DNA of 64,000 nucleotides from Scyliorhinus canicula (lineage: Eukaryota). The notes under the pieces are model-generated. The model worked only from the letters and a program-made list of their open reading frames with translations, was not told where the DNA came from and did no database searches. Location: positions 146,712,728 through 146,776,727 of the forward strand of contig NC_052159.1 in the NCBI RefSeq assembly GCF_902713615.1. The letters run 5' to 3'. Shown in pieces: positions 35,950 to 48,500 of this stretch. Within the stretch, counting starts at the first letter, position 1. Every line of letters begins with the position of its first letter. Position numbers and translations under genes: made by a program.

Positions 35950-37260
35950 GAATGGGAGAATGACTGTGTGAGCACGGTGTGTCACCTCAAGGCGGCAGGA
36001 GCCGCTGGCAGCGATGGCATTGCCATTGTAGTCCAGCAATTTACACGCGGATTGCAGGACAGCAGGCTGTACGCAAAGCTTGCAGAATCAGACGACGCAA
36101 TGAGATTGGCAGAAGCGCCAGTGTCCAGGCGGAACTTGACAGGGGACTGGTTGACCGTAAGGGTGGCACACCACTCATCATCCTGGCTGACGCTGTGGAC
36201 GTGGACAGGTTCAGTGCCACGGTTGGGGGACATCCTGTTGGTAGTAACGACGTCGATTTGGAACGGAACCTGTGGGTCATTGCAGGCATCGTCGGAATCA
36301 AGGTGTAGAGTAGGTTCATTGATGGCAGGCTGGATAGCCCTGACGTCTCTGTGGGGCTGGGTGGACCTTCGAAAAACAGCCGGCATGGAAGATCTGCACA
36401 TTGCAGCGTAGTGGCCTCGTTTGCCACACTGCAGGCAGCGTCGGAACTTCACGGGACATTGCCGCTTTAAGTAGGCGGAGCTGCAGTTGCCGCATGCCAG
36501 AGCGTCGGGACGTTCATCGCGCCACCGCGCATGCGCGAGGCGATCCAGCGTAGCGCGCACCTGCGCGAAGTGGTTCGTGACGTCAGCGTGCTCGCTGCGT
36601 TTGGGCGTGCGACTCCGCAAAAAACGCGCAAAATGGCCGCCATCATTCAGGTCCAGAGCCTGAAGAGATTTTATCATCTGGACCCGTTCTGCCTCATAGG
36701 GGGCTTGCCGCGCCATTTCAGCAGCCTGGATGCAGGAGTAGCGCGTGGAGGCATGTTCATGAAGTACACAGGTCTCAATGACCGTGGAGAGAGTGAGCTG
36801 TTTTACTTTTAGTAGCTGCTGGCGCAGGGGCTCAGATTGAACACCAAAAACAATCTGGTCACGGAGCATGGAGTCGGAGGTGGACCCGTAGTTGCAGGAC
36901 TGCGCAGGGACGTGGAGGTGGGTAATAAAGGACTGGAAAGGTTCGTCCTTATCCTGAGTTTGCTACTGAAACATGTATCTCTCGAAGCTCTCGTTGACCT
37001 CGACCGCGCAGTGGCTGTTGAACTTCAGAATTATGGTCTTGAACTTCGAATTTGTCCTCCCCTTCATCGAAGGTGAGCGAGTTGGAAATGTGCAGAGCGT
37101 GCTCACCGGCTGTGAAGAGGAAGGGAGCAATCTTACGTGCGTCCGAGGCAGCTTCCAGGTCCCTGGCTTCGAAGTACAGCTGGAAGCGCTGTTTGAAAAG
37201 TTTCCAGTTGGAGCCCAGATTCCCTGCAATGTGGAGAGGCGATGGCGGGCGAACGGAGTC
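35950..37260 (-). pseudogene. gag: Gypsy gag plus aspartic protease
   Basis: 'MLRDQIVFGVQSEPLRQQLL', knuckle 'CLQCGKRGHYAAMC', protease 'KFRLDTGASAN'. Confidence 0.9.
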
Positions 37261-37384
37261 TATTCTGTAGGATAGCTGGAGACTGGTGGAAGGCAGATCA
37301 CTGAAGGGTAGGTCTCAGAAGTGCGAGCATTCCACAACTCCTGGTATCATGATATATTGGTATATATTATGACAACCGTGCTGC

Positions 37385-37556
37385 CTAATAATTGCTCATT
37401 GTCACAAGAAGGCTTCAATGAAGTTACTGTGAAAAGACCCTAGTCGCCACTTTCCGCCGCCTGTTTGGGGAGGCCGCTACGGGAATTGAACCCCTGCTGC
37501 TGGCCTTATTCTGCATTACAAGCCAGCTGTTTACCCCACTGTGCTAAACCAGCCCC
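37385..37556 (-). mobile_element. Short tRNA-derived SINE
   Basis: Family match. Confidence 0.8.
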
Positions 37557-38113
37557 TCAGACGCTTTCATCTCAGATGCTCCGAAAAACAGTCAGACTTC
37601 TGAAAGGGGTTTGAATATCCTCAACCTACACGTCAATTTCTTCTCTGTTATCTATCTCCTAAAAAGATATTCCGTTTCAACATTTTTATAAACGAAATAA
37701 CCTTTGGACAAGAGCTGAAGATTTATGTGGCCAATACGCTTGTCCTCCCTGCTTGAATCAATAAGTAGCTAAGAGGATACGGCGATGCAGTGGATTTGCA
37801 ATGCTTTTTCATCTCCAGAAACTGGATTTATATTCAGTCCAAGTGGAGGGGATCAAAACAGTCTTTGTCTGATGGTTTGGAGAACCTCTGGTGAAATAGG
37901 TTTTGGAGCAATCTCAACAAAAGCTCCCAATGGGTGAAAAGAAATTGCCTGCAATTCATCTTCAGTTGACAGTAAATTGGCAATCCTGTACATTGAGGCC
38001 ATAGGGATAACTGGTTTGAGAAAGAAAGATATCAGATTGGTCTACGACGTGATACTACCTTTAGGCTTGGGAAAATTGTGTGATGACACAGAGAGTGTTT
38101 TAAATAACTCTGT

Positions 38114-39210
38114 GGGCGCGATTTGACGGGAATAAAAGAGTCACGTTTTGGGCGTATTTATCGGGATGTTGCACGGAACCTGAAATGCCGAGAATGACCC
38201 CACTGTCAAACGAGACACTGTTATTTTTGGCCTTGGCAAGGAACATGCACTTACCTTCACTCTTGCACTGCTGAGATCTCTCGACACCCCCCATTGTGGC
38301 CTCCGGACCCCTCAATGCCACAACGTACCTGTTAGGGCGTCCTCAAGCTCCTTCCCCCCTCACCCCACCTCTTAAGGGCAACCTGGCACCTGGGCATCTT
38401 GACACTGCCAGCCTGGCACCCTGCAGTGCCCCTGCCAGAATGGCACTGCCAGGGTCCCAGGTGGCACTGCCAGGGTGATCGGCTGGCAGAGGGAGTGCCA
38501 GGCCTAAAGCCCGACCACTTGGAAGTCTCTGATGGCCAGGAGACCCACCCCCAGGCGACATTACACCTGGTCCACGTGTTGGCCTCGAATCAGGAGTTCA
38601 GTATGCTCAGCAGCAGACACCTGTGGGCAGCACAGTTCCTGCCCAGCACGAGGAGGGCACGACAGACTACGACACGGCTATGGACTTGCTCAAAGGACAT
38701 TTCATACGGCCGGTGAACCAAGTCTTCACTCGGCACTTACTAGCCACAAGGCAGCAGATACCTGGTGAGTCACTGGACGATTTCTCTGTACGTCTGCTGC
38801 CGGGCTCACTTCTTGCTGATTAAATTGATACACAATCAATGGACACGAAACGTAGGTGAAGTCCGAAACAAAAGGCTTTAATCAGCAAGAAGTGAGCCCG
38901 GCAGCAGACGTGCAGGAAATGGCCTGGCTGCTGGGGAACACGGGTTCTTATACCCCGCCTAGTAGGTGGAGCTACCTTCTTTTTGGCCAATAGGAATACG
39001 GAGAACACGATTCTTGGGCCAATGGGTAGTGAGCCCTCTGCTCACCAATGGCAGCTCACACTCCCAGGTACCGTAATACCCATAGTCATACTACCACACA
39101 GGGCAATGAGGTTAAACAGCTGCCTCCTGAGCATGGGGTAAATGTTTGAAAATAAAATGAGAATTTAACATTTTGGGTGGGATTCTCTGAGGGTCAGGAA
39201 AATCCCACCC
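38114..39210. mobile_element. Harbinger-type non-autonomous element remnant hosting a Gypsy insert
   Basis: GGGCGCGATTT start and AAAATCCCACCC end; internal 'tggcactgccaggg' repeats. Confidence 0.5.
38595..39098. mobile_element. Rearranged Gypsy insert: + strand gag fragment, 38-bp inverted duplication, - strand LTR (38826-39098)
   Basis: 'DYDTAMDLLKGHFIRPVNQVFTRHLLATRQQIPGESLDDF'; LTR TGTGGTAG...GTATCA; CAGG on both flanks. Confidence 0.7.
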
Positions 39211-39428
39211 GCTGTGAGTTGCTGCAACAATCGTGAGAAGATTTTCTGTACAATTTACACAGTCAACAATCATTACAGTAGCATGGGCTAGGTTAAATTA
39301 TGTTCTTTGACATTATTTACTGGTTCGCAGTTTTGGAATAGTCCCATAGTTGTTCAAATTTGTAAAACTGTCACAAAAATAGGATGACATTTTGGAAAAG
39401 ATTGCAATGTAAATACGTGGAAATCTAT

Positions 39429-39585
39429 GAGTGGGATTTTCCGGCCTCCACTGCGGCATGCTTTCCGAAGGTGCAGGTGGCTCGTCGTTGGCCGCTGATG
39501 TCTGTGCCGTTTTGCATGGTAACCTGGTAACCTGCTGTGGCGGGGGGGAGGGGTCCCTCTTTTGTGAGGACAGAAGATCCCGCCC
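39429..39585. mobile_element. Harbinger-type MITE
   Basis: TIRs GAGTGGGATTTTC / GAAGATCCCGCCC; TSD TAT. Confidence 0.65.
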
Positions 39586-40212
39586 TATGCGTATGCCGGT
39601 ATATATAGATGTATACCAGTGGAGCTTGACATTTCATTCCCACTGCTGTAGCCTGTTTGTTTCCTTATGTCGTTTCATGAATGTCGTTCAGCCCGCCAAA
39701 TTATGTCACTCTAGGCGACTGATTAGTTTGTCACCTGACAGCACCAACTTCGACGCGATGGAAAAAGTCGAAAATAATTGCAACATCATCAGGTAATTTC
39801 CCCATTTCATCAACCAACTGTTGCACTCACGGTGGAAGGAAGTTTGGGGCTTCTTCCTACTTCCCAGGGCCCCTTTTTTCCAGAGCATTGTTTCTCAGCG
39901 ATAACATTTACTGTTTCCTGCCCCAACTGTGCCGTGTTCTTTCTGACCCCAAACGTCAGGCGAACATATATCTTCGCCATGGCCACTATGAACTAATGAA
40001 ACATTTACTTTGTCCTTAGATCCATTCCATGGGACCAATCACAGCTGGAGCCGACATAAAGCAGATATTGCCTTCTCTGTTGGGGGGGGGGGGGGAATTA
40101 ATCAAATATCAATAACACAAAGCAAACTTCTAAATTCTTACAGAGTAACATTATATTGCACTATTACAGTGTCCATATCAAATTATTTACACTTTCAGAT
40201 GTACCTTTATAT

Positions 40213-40550
40213 CGTAGAATCAGAGAATCCCTATGGTGCAGCAGGAAGCCATTCAGCCCATCATGTCTGCACAGACCCTTGGAAAGAGCACCCTACCCAG
40301 GCCCGCACCCCCACCCTATCCCTGTAACCCAGTAAATTCACCTAAACTTTTGGACACTAAGGGGCAATCTTTCCATGGCCAACCCACCTAACCTGCACAT
40401 CTTTGGACTGTGGGAGGAAACCAGAGCACCCGAAGGAAACCCATGCAGACACCGGGAGAACGCGCAGACGCCGCACAGACAGTGATCCGAGACCGCAATT
40501 GAACCCGGGTTCCTGCCGCTGTGAGGTAGCCACTGTGTCACCGTGCTGCC
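40213..40550 (-). mobile_element. V-SINE (HE1-like)
   Basis: Head, V domain and CR1-type tail. Confidence 0.88.
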
Positions 40551-41207
40551 TCATATTTTTATATACTTTGGCATGTATTACAAGAGTGATATCTGTGCTT
40601 AGGAAAGGAACAATTTACTTTTGAAAGGTTGTATTCTTAACCCTAAACTCAGTAAGGCACACTTACTACACCGTGCAAGCACCATCATTTACTCTTTAAT
40701 AAACTTCGAGCAATATAGCCGTGTATTCTCAGGATTTTTCTGCAGCAATGTCACTGCGGCACTCAAAAGGTTAAAATATGTAGCGGTTTTATTTAACTCT
40801 AAATTTTGAGCTGTGTTTCACCCTCAGGGTTTCATCTACAAATGAACTCCATCTATCACGGAGAAAATAGGCCACTTCTTTAAGGAACATCCAACATTAG
40901 CTAATATAATACACTTCAATGTTTCTGTCAAAGTCGCTGACAATAAATCAAATAAATCTACCTTTTATCTTCAACTCCATTCATGATATTTTTACTGTGA
41001 GCTTAACTGAGATGAGATGTAAGACCATTGCAAACGAACTGCTCTGATTTATGTCTCAGTGTTAACCTTTCTTTCTTCCCCTGTATGCCCGCATGAACAT
41101 ATGTACAGTTAGTGCATTTAGATTACTTATTATTAAATTCAGTCTGACGACATCATTAGGTTATTTAATCTTTTTGAAGAGTTCTGGATGCATTAGTGTG
41201 CGTGCAT

Positions 41208-41234
41208 GTATGTGTGTGTGTGTGTCTGTGTGTG
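41208..41234. repeat. (TG)n microsatellite
   Basis: Directly visible. Confidence 0.9.
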
Positions 41235-41496
41235 TTTGTTGATTCAAGTTCGCATGTTGCCGCATAAATATTTAACGGTTCACAAGTTCTCATTTCAGAG
41301 GCGATAGTGGCATTTCTAAATCCCAGTTAAGGGAAGTTACAAATAGCTGCGACTTTCTGCTCTGCGTTCATAGGTATGCTGTGAATAAATTATTTTCACC
41401 GTCTGAATGCAGAACAAAATATTGGCTATATTGGGAAGTGAAGAAAAACTGGAAGTTAAACCATCAGAAACATTATTTTGTCCATTACGTTCATAT

Positions 41497-41824
41497 CAGT
41501 GGTGGTCAACCTGAGGCACAATGGCCACATGCGGCCCATCAAGGTTCTCAGTGTAGCCCACAGTGCATTCTGTTGACTGTTGTCCACGCGTGGAGTTGCC
41601 ACATTCCGCTGATTTCCATCTGGTAGATAATGACAGTTCCATTAATATATGAATTTCAAGCATTTTCTATAACCCGTGATGAAATATTCGGCATACGTTA
41701 AATGTATTCAACGTTATGCAAGGATCACAGTTAGTGAACAAGCCCAATTTCAATCTTGTGACCCAGTGAGGTGAAGGAGGGCCACTCATGCGGCCCACTC
41801 ACTGGCCGAGGTTGCCCATCACTG
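41497..41824. mobile_element. hAT (Charlie-like) MITE
   Basis: TIRs CAGTGGTGGTCAACCT / AGGTTGCCCATCACTG; 8-bp TSD GTTCATAT / GTTCAGAT; subterminal GCGGCCC repeats. Confidence 0.85.
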
Positions 41825-43091
41825 GTTCAGATACAGGCCACTCCATTGCATACTCTTGGACATTTTTCTATTTTGAAATACACTGAGTTCGAAAGAGATA
41901 TATGTTAAAATGCATTTCAGGTGTTCAGATAATGTCATGAATCTCCAAATTCAATCGCATGTATATTAGCCGGGAAATATGCACAGATTGCGGGGTGCTA
42001 CCAACTAGAAATGTACCAGGGATTCAGATGGTGAGATGAGTGGCCACTAAGTTTTGAAGGTTCATTACCAATGGGGTTTACCCTCACACCCCCCCCCCCC
42101 CCTCCCCTTTAAGCAGCTATGTGGATGGCTTGTGAGTTTTTTGCGCCCTTTTAAAGGGTATCTTCCACTGGAGCATCTTACAGAGATATTCAAAGAAGAG
42201 AGAACGGTATTTCAATGAAACCGTAAAGAAATACAACATTTCAATGAGGCCGTTGTACAAACCCTTCCAAATGAGCTGCAGCAAAGGTAAGGACATGGGC
42301 TGGATTTCCATGGCTAGTAAACCATCTTGTGTATCATTTGGAGGGAGCTGGCACTGAGGGAAGCTTTCCTTTGCCTCCTGCCCCTCCGAACTGTAAGGAA
42401 CCGAAAGAACAGTTGAGACCTGACATGGCAGACTAGATCTCAGACGAATCATTCTCAATTTTCTTCCCTCGGCAGCAGCTCACAGTCCACCCTGTAAAAT
42501 TCTGTACTGTGATTACAAGGCCACAACTCGGGATCTTACGATATGTGTTATCCTCTTCCCTAACAGCAAGTATTTCCACGCAGGACTTTACAACTCATTG
42601 TTCACCATTGGGCGATAGAAAAGTATCTTTTCTATCAGCTCCTGATCACAACGTGGAGACGTTTCTCCATTGCTGCCCTTCACCCGATTCACTCAACCTG
42701 GAGGGAGAAACTCACACTGAATATCCATGAGAAGTGAGGCAGCAGAGAGCACAGTCCAGACATCAGCAAGCTCTTCCTCAGTCTCTCCAAGGGCCAGCTA
42801 GTCCAGGGACAAAATGGGACAAGGGGAGATGGTGAGATAGTGCAAACCGCCAAGTGGATGTTTAGTGGGCCGACACTTTCACAGTTGTCGTGTGAGCCAA
42901 CACAGACGGCAGCACCTTTCCCTGCCCGCTTTGGTGACAGGTTTGGGAGTGGCGATAATCCTCATCCCTATTTGCTTGTACCCTCTTTTCTGGCCAATCC
43001 ATCACAGCAATGGGAAGGGCTGAGGATGATGAGGAATTGGGAAGAAATTTCCACTTTTCCAACTATGATGGTGATGAAAACAATGACAGCG

Positions 43092-43264
43092 ATGAAATGA
43101 AATGAAAATTGCTTATTGTCACAAGTAGGCTTCAATGAAGTTACTGTGAAAGTCGCCACTTTCCGTCGCCTGTTCGGGGAGGCTGGTACGGGAATTGAAC
43201 CGTGCTGCTGGCCTGCCTTGGTCTGCTTTTAAAGCCTGCGATTTAGCCCAGTGTGCTAAACCAG
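43092..43264 (-). mobile_element. Short tRNA-derived SINE
   Basis: Family match with a small internal deletion. Confidence 0.85.
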
Positions 43265-44024
43265 AGGATAATGATTAGAGAGGGGATATAGAGGGACCAG
43301 CCTACTCGGAGTTCCTGGAGGAGGATATGACTCCATATTACTCTGCTACAATCACCCATCCTGTGATCAAGAATTAGGAGCATGTGTATCATCTTCCCAT
43401 TTGACGTACTCTTCATTTATACTAATATGTGACCCATGTGGATTGCGAGCATAACCTCTTGAATTTTTGCATCCCGACCCCACTAACTCTCATTGCAATT
43501 TATGTTAACAACCTCTATGGTGGTGGGTGGAGAGGGTTCCAGGGATGGCTTCACACTTATATCAAGGATAGGCATAAACAGATCAGGAACTTGAGGAATG
43601 GCTGAGGAATTTTGGGGTCAGCATCTTTTGAATATCCCACCCTGAATCTAATTCCTGGTTTGCTGAATCCTCGGCTTTAGGGTGAGCTGGGTTTAACTTA
43701 ATTGCAATAATTTTATGTAGATTACCTGAAGCTTCTTCTGAGACAACGGGATTGGAACTGATAGGGCCGGATATATGCTACTTAGAGCAAGTCTTTGGGT
43801 GCGATTCATCACCCACAAACTGGCTGGTCTTCATGGAGTAGTTGGCTTGTGGTCTGTTATAATGGTGAAATAGCGACTTCCGGTTGCGGCTATGACCAGC
43901 TAAGTCGCACGTTTGGCTGCTCCTGCGAGGAAGGTGTTTTCGGGCCGATTGGAGGGCCCCTAACGGCGCTGGAACGGCGATTCCCGGTGGGGGAAGGTTC
44001 CCAGAGGAGAACCCTGTAAAATTT

Positions 44025-44870
44025 ATGGTCGTCACCCGAAGTGGGGCAGGAAAAAAAGCGGCAGCAGCTCCCCGAAAAAAGCGGGGGAAGAAATCCAAAA
44101 TGGCGGCCGGCGGCGCACCCGAGGACTGGAGGAAATGGGCGGAGGAGCAGCAGGCCGTTCTCCTGCGCTTCTTCACGGAGCTGAAAGTGGAGCTGCTGGA
44201 GTCGATGAACGCGATGACCACCAGGCTGATGGGAGCCCAGGCGACCCAAGAGGCGTCAATTCGGGAGCTGCAGCAGGAGATGGCTGTGAGGGAGGAGGAG
44301 GCCACGGTCCTCGTGGGAAAGGTGGAGGTGCACGAGGCACTCCACCTGAAATGGCAAAACCGACTGGAGGAGATGGATACCCGCATGAGGCGGAAAAACC
44401 TGAGGATCCTGGGCCTGGCAGAAGGGCTGGAGGGGTCAGACCTCCCGAGGTATGTGGCAGAAATGCTGGGCTCACTGATGGGGGCAGGGGCCGTCCCTTC
44501 GCCCCTGGAACTGGAGGAGGCCTACAGAGTAATGGCCAGGAAGCCAAGAGCAAACGAACCCCCGAGGGCGGTGCTGGTTCGGTTCCAGCGATTCAGTGAC
44601 CGGGAGAGGGTGCTGAGGTGGGCCAAGAGAGAGAGGAGCAGCAAATGGGAGAACTCGACGGTGAGGATCTACCAGGACTGGAGTGCGGAGGTGGCAAAGC
44701 GGCGGGCCCGGTTCAACCGGACGAAGGCGGTGCTGCATGCCAAGAGAATCAGATTCGGGATGCTGCAGCCAGCGCGCTTGTGGGTGACCTATAAGGACCA
44801 GCATCACTATTTCGAGTCCCCGGAGGAGGCGTGGGCCTTTGTCCAGGAAGAAAAGCTGGACTCGAACTAG
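44025..44870 (+). CDS. ORF1: L1 ORF1p (coiled coil, RRM, CTD)
   Basis: 281 aa open; 'RMRRKNLRILGLAEGLEG', 'PPRAVLVRF', 'IYQDWSAEVAKRR', 'MLQPARLWVT'. Confidence 0.93.
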   Translation: MVVTRSGAGKKAAAAPRKKRGKKSKMAAGGAPEDWRKWAEEQQAVLLRFFTELKVELLESMNAMTTRLMGAQATQEASIRELQQEMAVREEEATVLVGKVEVHEALHLKWQNRLEEMDTRMRRKNLRILGLAEGLEGSDLPRYVAEMLGSLMGAGAVPSPLELEEAYRVMARKPRANEPPRAVLVRFQRFSDRERVLRWAKRERSSKWENSTVRIYQDWSAEVAKRRARFNRTKAVLHAKRIRFGMLQPARLWVTYKDQHHYFESPEEAWAFVQEEKLDSN

Positions 44871-45590
44871 AACCAGGGGATACTTGGCGGTCGTTGCTGC
44901 TCTGGTACTTTAAGCTGGACACGTGGCTTTCTTTTGGTTGGATTTTCACTTGGCTGTATTTTTGGACCCTTTTTTTTTTCTCTCTACCAGTTTTTTCCTT
45001 CTTTTTTCTGTTATGTATAATGTTATGTTGGGGGGGCGGGGTGGGGGGTGAGTGCCGGGGGTATGGGTTTCTTGTGGGGTTTCTGGTTGTTGTGTATTTA
45101 TCGGTGTGAGATCGGGGACGGGGGTGGAACTGAAGATGGAGGGGTGGGGAGTGGCAGGGCGAAAGCGCGGGCTTTCCTCTGGTTTCCCGCGCACGGGGCA
45201 GAGGAGGGAGGAGGGTGGGAGGAAGGGGCGTGGTCAGCAATGGCTCCCTTTCCCGCGCTGGAGCGGGGTCAAGGAGGGGTGGTAAGGGGGGGGATGTCCC
45301 CCATGCCGGGAGGAGTCGGATTGTGGCAGGGGCAGCCGGGTCAGCGTAAACCAGCTGACTTACGGAAGTACTATGGAGGGTGCATCGCGGCTAGGAAGGG
45401 TCCTAGCCTGGGGGGGGAAGGGGGGTGGGGGGGGGGGGGAGGGGGAGGGGGGAAGGGGGGGGCTACCGGGTTGCTGCTGAAAAGGCCAGGGAGGAGAAGT
45501 TGAGGACCGGAGGGGTGGGGGGGGGGCGCCATCGCCATGGGGAGCGGGTCAGAAAGGGAGGGCTGACTCGGGGCGAGCAGGTGACAGGAT

Positions 45591-48500
45591 ATGGCTAGTC
45601 GGCAGGGGAAAGGGGCGGGCTGCCCTTCGACCCGGCTGATCACTTGGAATGTGAGGGGGCTGAATGGGCCGGTCAAGAGAACGAGAGTAATCTCGCATTT
45701 GAAGGGACTGAAGGCGGATGTAGCAATGCTACAAGAGACCCATTTGAAGGTGGCGGACCAGGTCCGCCTGAGAAGGGGGTGGGTGGGACAGGTGTTCCAC
45801 TCAGGACTGGACGCAAAGAACCGGGGGGTGGCGATCCTGGTAGGGAAGAGGGTGTCGTTCGTGGCGGCGGAGGTGGTGGCGGATAAAGAGGGTAGATATG
45901 TCATGGTGAAGGGTAGGCTACAGGGGGAGAAAGTGGTGATGGTGAATGTGTATGCCCCGAATTGGGATGACGCTGGCTTCATGAGGCGCCTACTGGGCCT
46001 CATTCCGGACCTGGAGGCGGGGGGCCTGATCATGGGGGGGGACTTCAACACAGTGTTGGACCCCGAGATGGACAGATCGAGTTCAAGGACGAGTAGGAAG
46101 CCGGCAGCGGCAGAAGTGTTAAAGGGGTTTATGGAGCAGATGGGAGGGGTGGATCCCTGGAGGTTTGGGAGGCCGAGGGCGAGGGAGTATTCCTTTTTCT
46201 CCAATGTCCACAGAGTCTATTCTAGAATTGACTTTTTTGTATTGAGCAGGGGACTGATCCCGAAAGTACGGGAAGTGGAGTACTCGGCCATAGCGGTCTC
46301 AGACCACGCGCCACACTGGGTAGATTTGGAAATGGGGGAGGCGCGAGACCAGCGTCCGCTGTGGCGCCTGGATGTGGGGTTGCTGGCGGATGAGGAGGTG
46401 TGTAAGAGGGTCCGGAAGAGCATTGAAAGATATCTGGACATTAATGACACGGGGGAGGTGCAGGTGGGGATGGTATGGGAGGCCCTGAAGGCGGTGATCC
46501 GGGGGGAGCTGATCTCCATACGGGCACATAGGGAAAGGAGGGAGAGACAGGAGAGGGAGAGGCTGGTGGGGGAGCTTTTGGACGTGGATAGGAAATATGC
46601 GGAGGCACCAGAGGAGGGGCTGTTGGGGGAACGGCGCAGTTTGCAGGCTGAGTTCGACCTGTTGACCACCAGAAAGGCAGAGACACAGTGGAGAAGGGCG
46701 CAGGGCGCGATTTATGAGTATGGGGAGAAGGCGAGTAGGATGTTGGCGCATCAGCTCCGCAAGCGGGATGCGGCTAGAGAAATTGGGGGAGTGAGGGAGA
46801 GGGGTGGGGACGTAGTGCAGAAGGGGCCAGAAGTAAATGGGGTTTTCAGAGACTTCTATAAGGAACTGTATCGGTCAGAGCCGCCGACGAGTGGAGGGGG
46901 GATGGAGGGCTTCTTGAACAAATTGAGGTTCCCCAAGGTCCAAGAGGAGCTGGTAGAGGGGCTGGGGGCGCCGATAGGGTTAGAGGAGCTAGTCAAGGGG
47001 ATTGGACATATGCAGTCGGGGAAGGCGCCGGGGCCAGACGGGTTCCCGGTGGAATTTTACAAAAAATATGCGGATTTGGTGGGCCCTGTGCTGGTACGAG
47101 CCTTCAACGAGGCATGGGAGGGGGGGGCTCTGCCCCCGACAATGTCGCAGGCACTGATCTCTCTGATCTTGAAGCGGGACAAGGACCCCGTGCAGTGTGG
47201 GTCATATAGGCCTATCTCGCTCCTGAATGTGGACGCCAAGTTGCTGGCAAAGATCCTGGCTACCAGGATAGAGGATTGTGTGCCAGGGGTGATACACGAG
47301 GACCAGACGGGTTTTGTGAAAGGGCGGCAGCTTAATACGAACGTGCGGAGACTGCTAAACGTCATCATGATGCCGGCAGTGGAGGGTGAGGCGGAGATAG
47401 TGGTGGCATTGGACGCGGAGAAAGCATTTGATAGGGTGGAGTGGAAGTACCTGTGGGAGACGCTGGAACGGTTTGGATTTGGGGAGGGATTTATTAAATG
47501 GGTGAAGCTGCTCTATTCGGCCCCGACGGCAAGTGTAGTGACGAATGGTAGGAGATCGGAGTATTTTGGGCTCCACCGGGGGACCAGACAGGGGTGCCCC
47601 TTGTCCCCCCTGCTCTTCGCACTGGCAATTGAACCGTTGGCGATGGCACTGAGGGGCTCAGGGGGGTGGAGAGGGCTGACAAGGGGCGGGGAGGAGCACC
47701 GGGTATCGCTATACGCGGACGACCTGCTGCTATACGTGGCAGACCCAGAAGGGGGAATGCCGGAGGTGATGGAACTGCTAGCAGAATTCGGGGACTTTTC
47801 GGGGTACAAGCTAAACTTGGGCAAGAGTGAGGTATTTGTGATTCACCCAGGGGACCAGGAAGAGGGAATCGGGAGACTCCCGTTTAAGAGAGCAGGAAAG
47901 AGTTTTAGATATTTAGGTGTGCAGGTGGCAAGGAACTGGGGGACTCTCCACAAGCTGAACTTCTCCAGGCTGGTGGAACAGATGGAGGAGGAATTTAAAA
48001 GGTGGGACATGGTGCCGCTGTCGCTGGCGGGCAGAGTGCAGTCCGTTAAAATGACGGTCCTCCCGAGGTTTTTGTTTTTATTTCAGTGCTTGCCCATCTT
48101 CCTCCCTAGGGCCTTCTTCAAAAAGGTGACGAGTAGCATCATGAGCTACGTGTGGGCGCACGGCACCCCAAGGGTGAGGAGGGTCTTCTTGGAGCGGAGT
48201 AGGGATAGTGGAGGGCTGGCATTACCCAATCTTTCGGGGTATTACTGGGCGGCAAATGTATCGATGGTGCGCAAGTGGATGATGGAAGGGGAGGGGGCAG
48301 CTTGGAAACGAATGGAGAGGGCGTCCTGTGGCAACATAAGCCTGGGGGCCCTAGTAACGGCGCCATGGCCGCTCCCTCCCACGAGGTACACCACGAGCCC
48401 GGTGGTGGCGGCCACCCTCAAGATCTGGGGGCAGTGGAGGCGACACAGGGGGGAAGTGGGAGGTCTGATGGAGGCACCGTTAAGAGGGAACCATAGATTC

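Larger units (their letters stand above)
32475..37374 (-). mobile_element. Near-complete Ty3/Gypsy LTR retrotransposon, non-functional (several frameshifts and stops)
   Basis: 3' LTR 32475-32848 with PPT; PBS TGATACCAGGAGT (37349-37337); 25-bp residual 5' LTR; 5-bp TSD accgc/accgt; domain order gag-PR-RT-RH-IN. Confidence 0.95.

Noticed and set aside
43778-44386. 202-aa antisense ORF over the L1 5' end (possible ORF0 analogue), and other antisense ORFs such as 45371..46204
   Set aside because: Shadow frames of GC-rich coding sequence, with no domain motifs.
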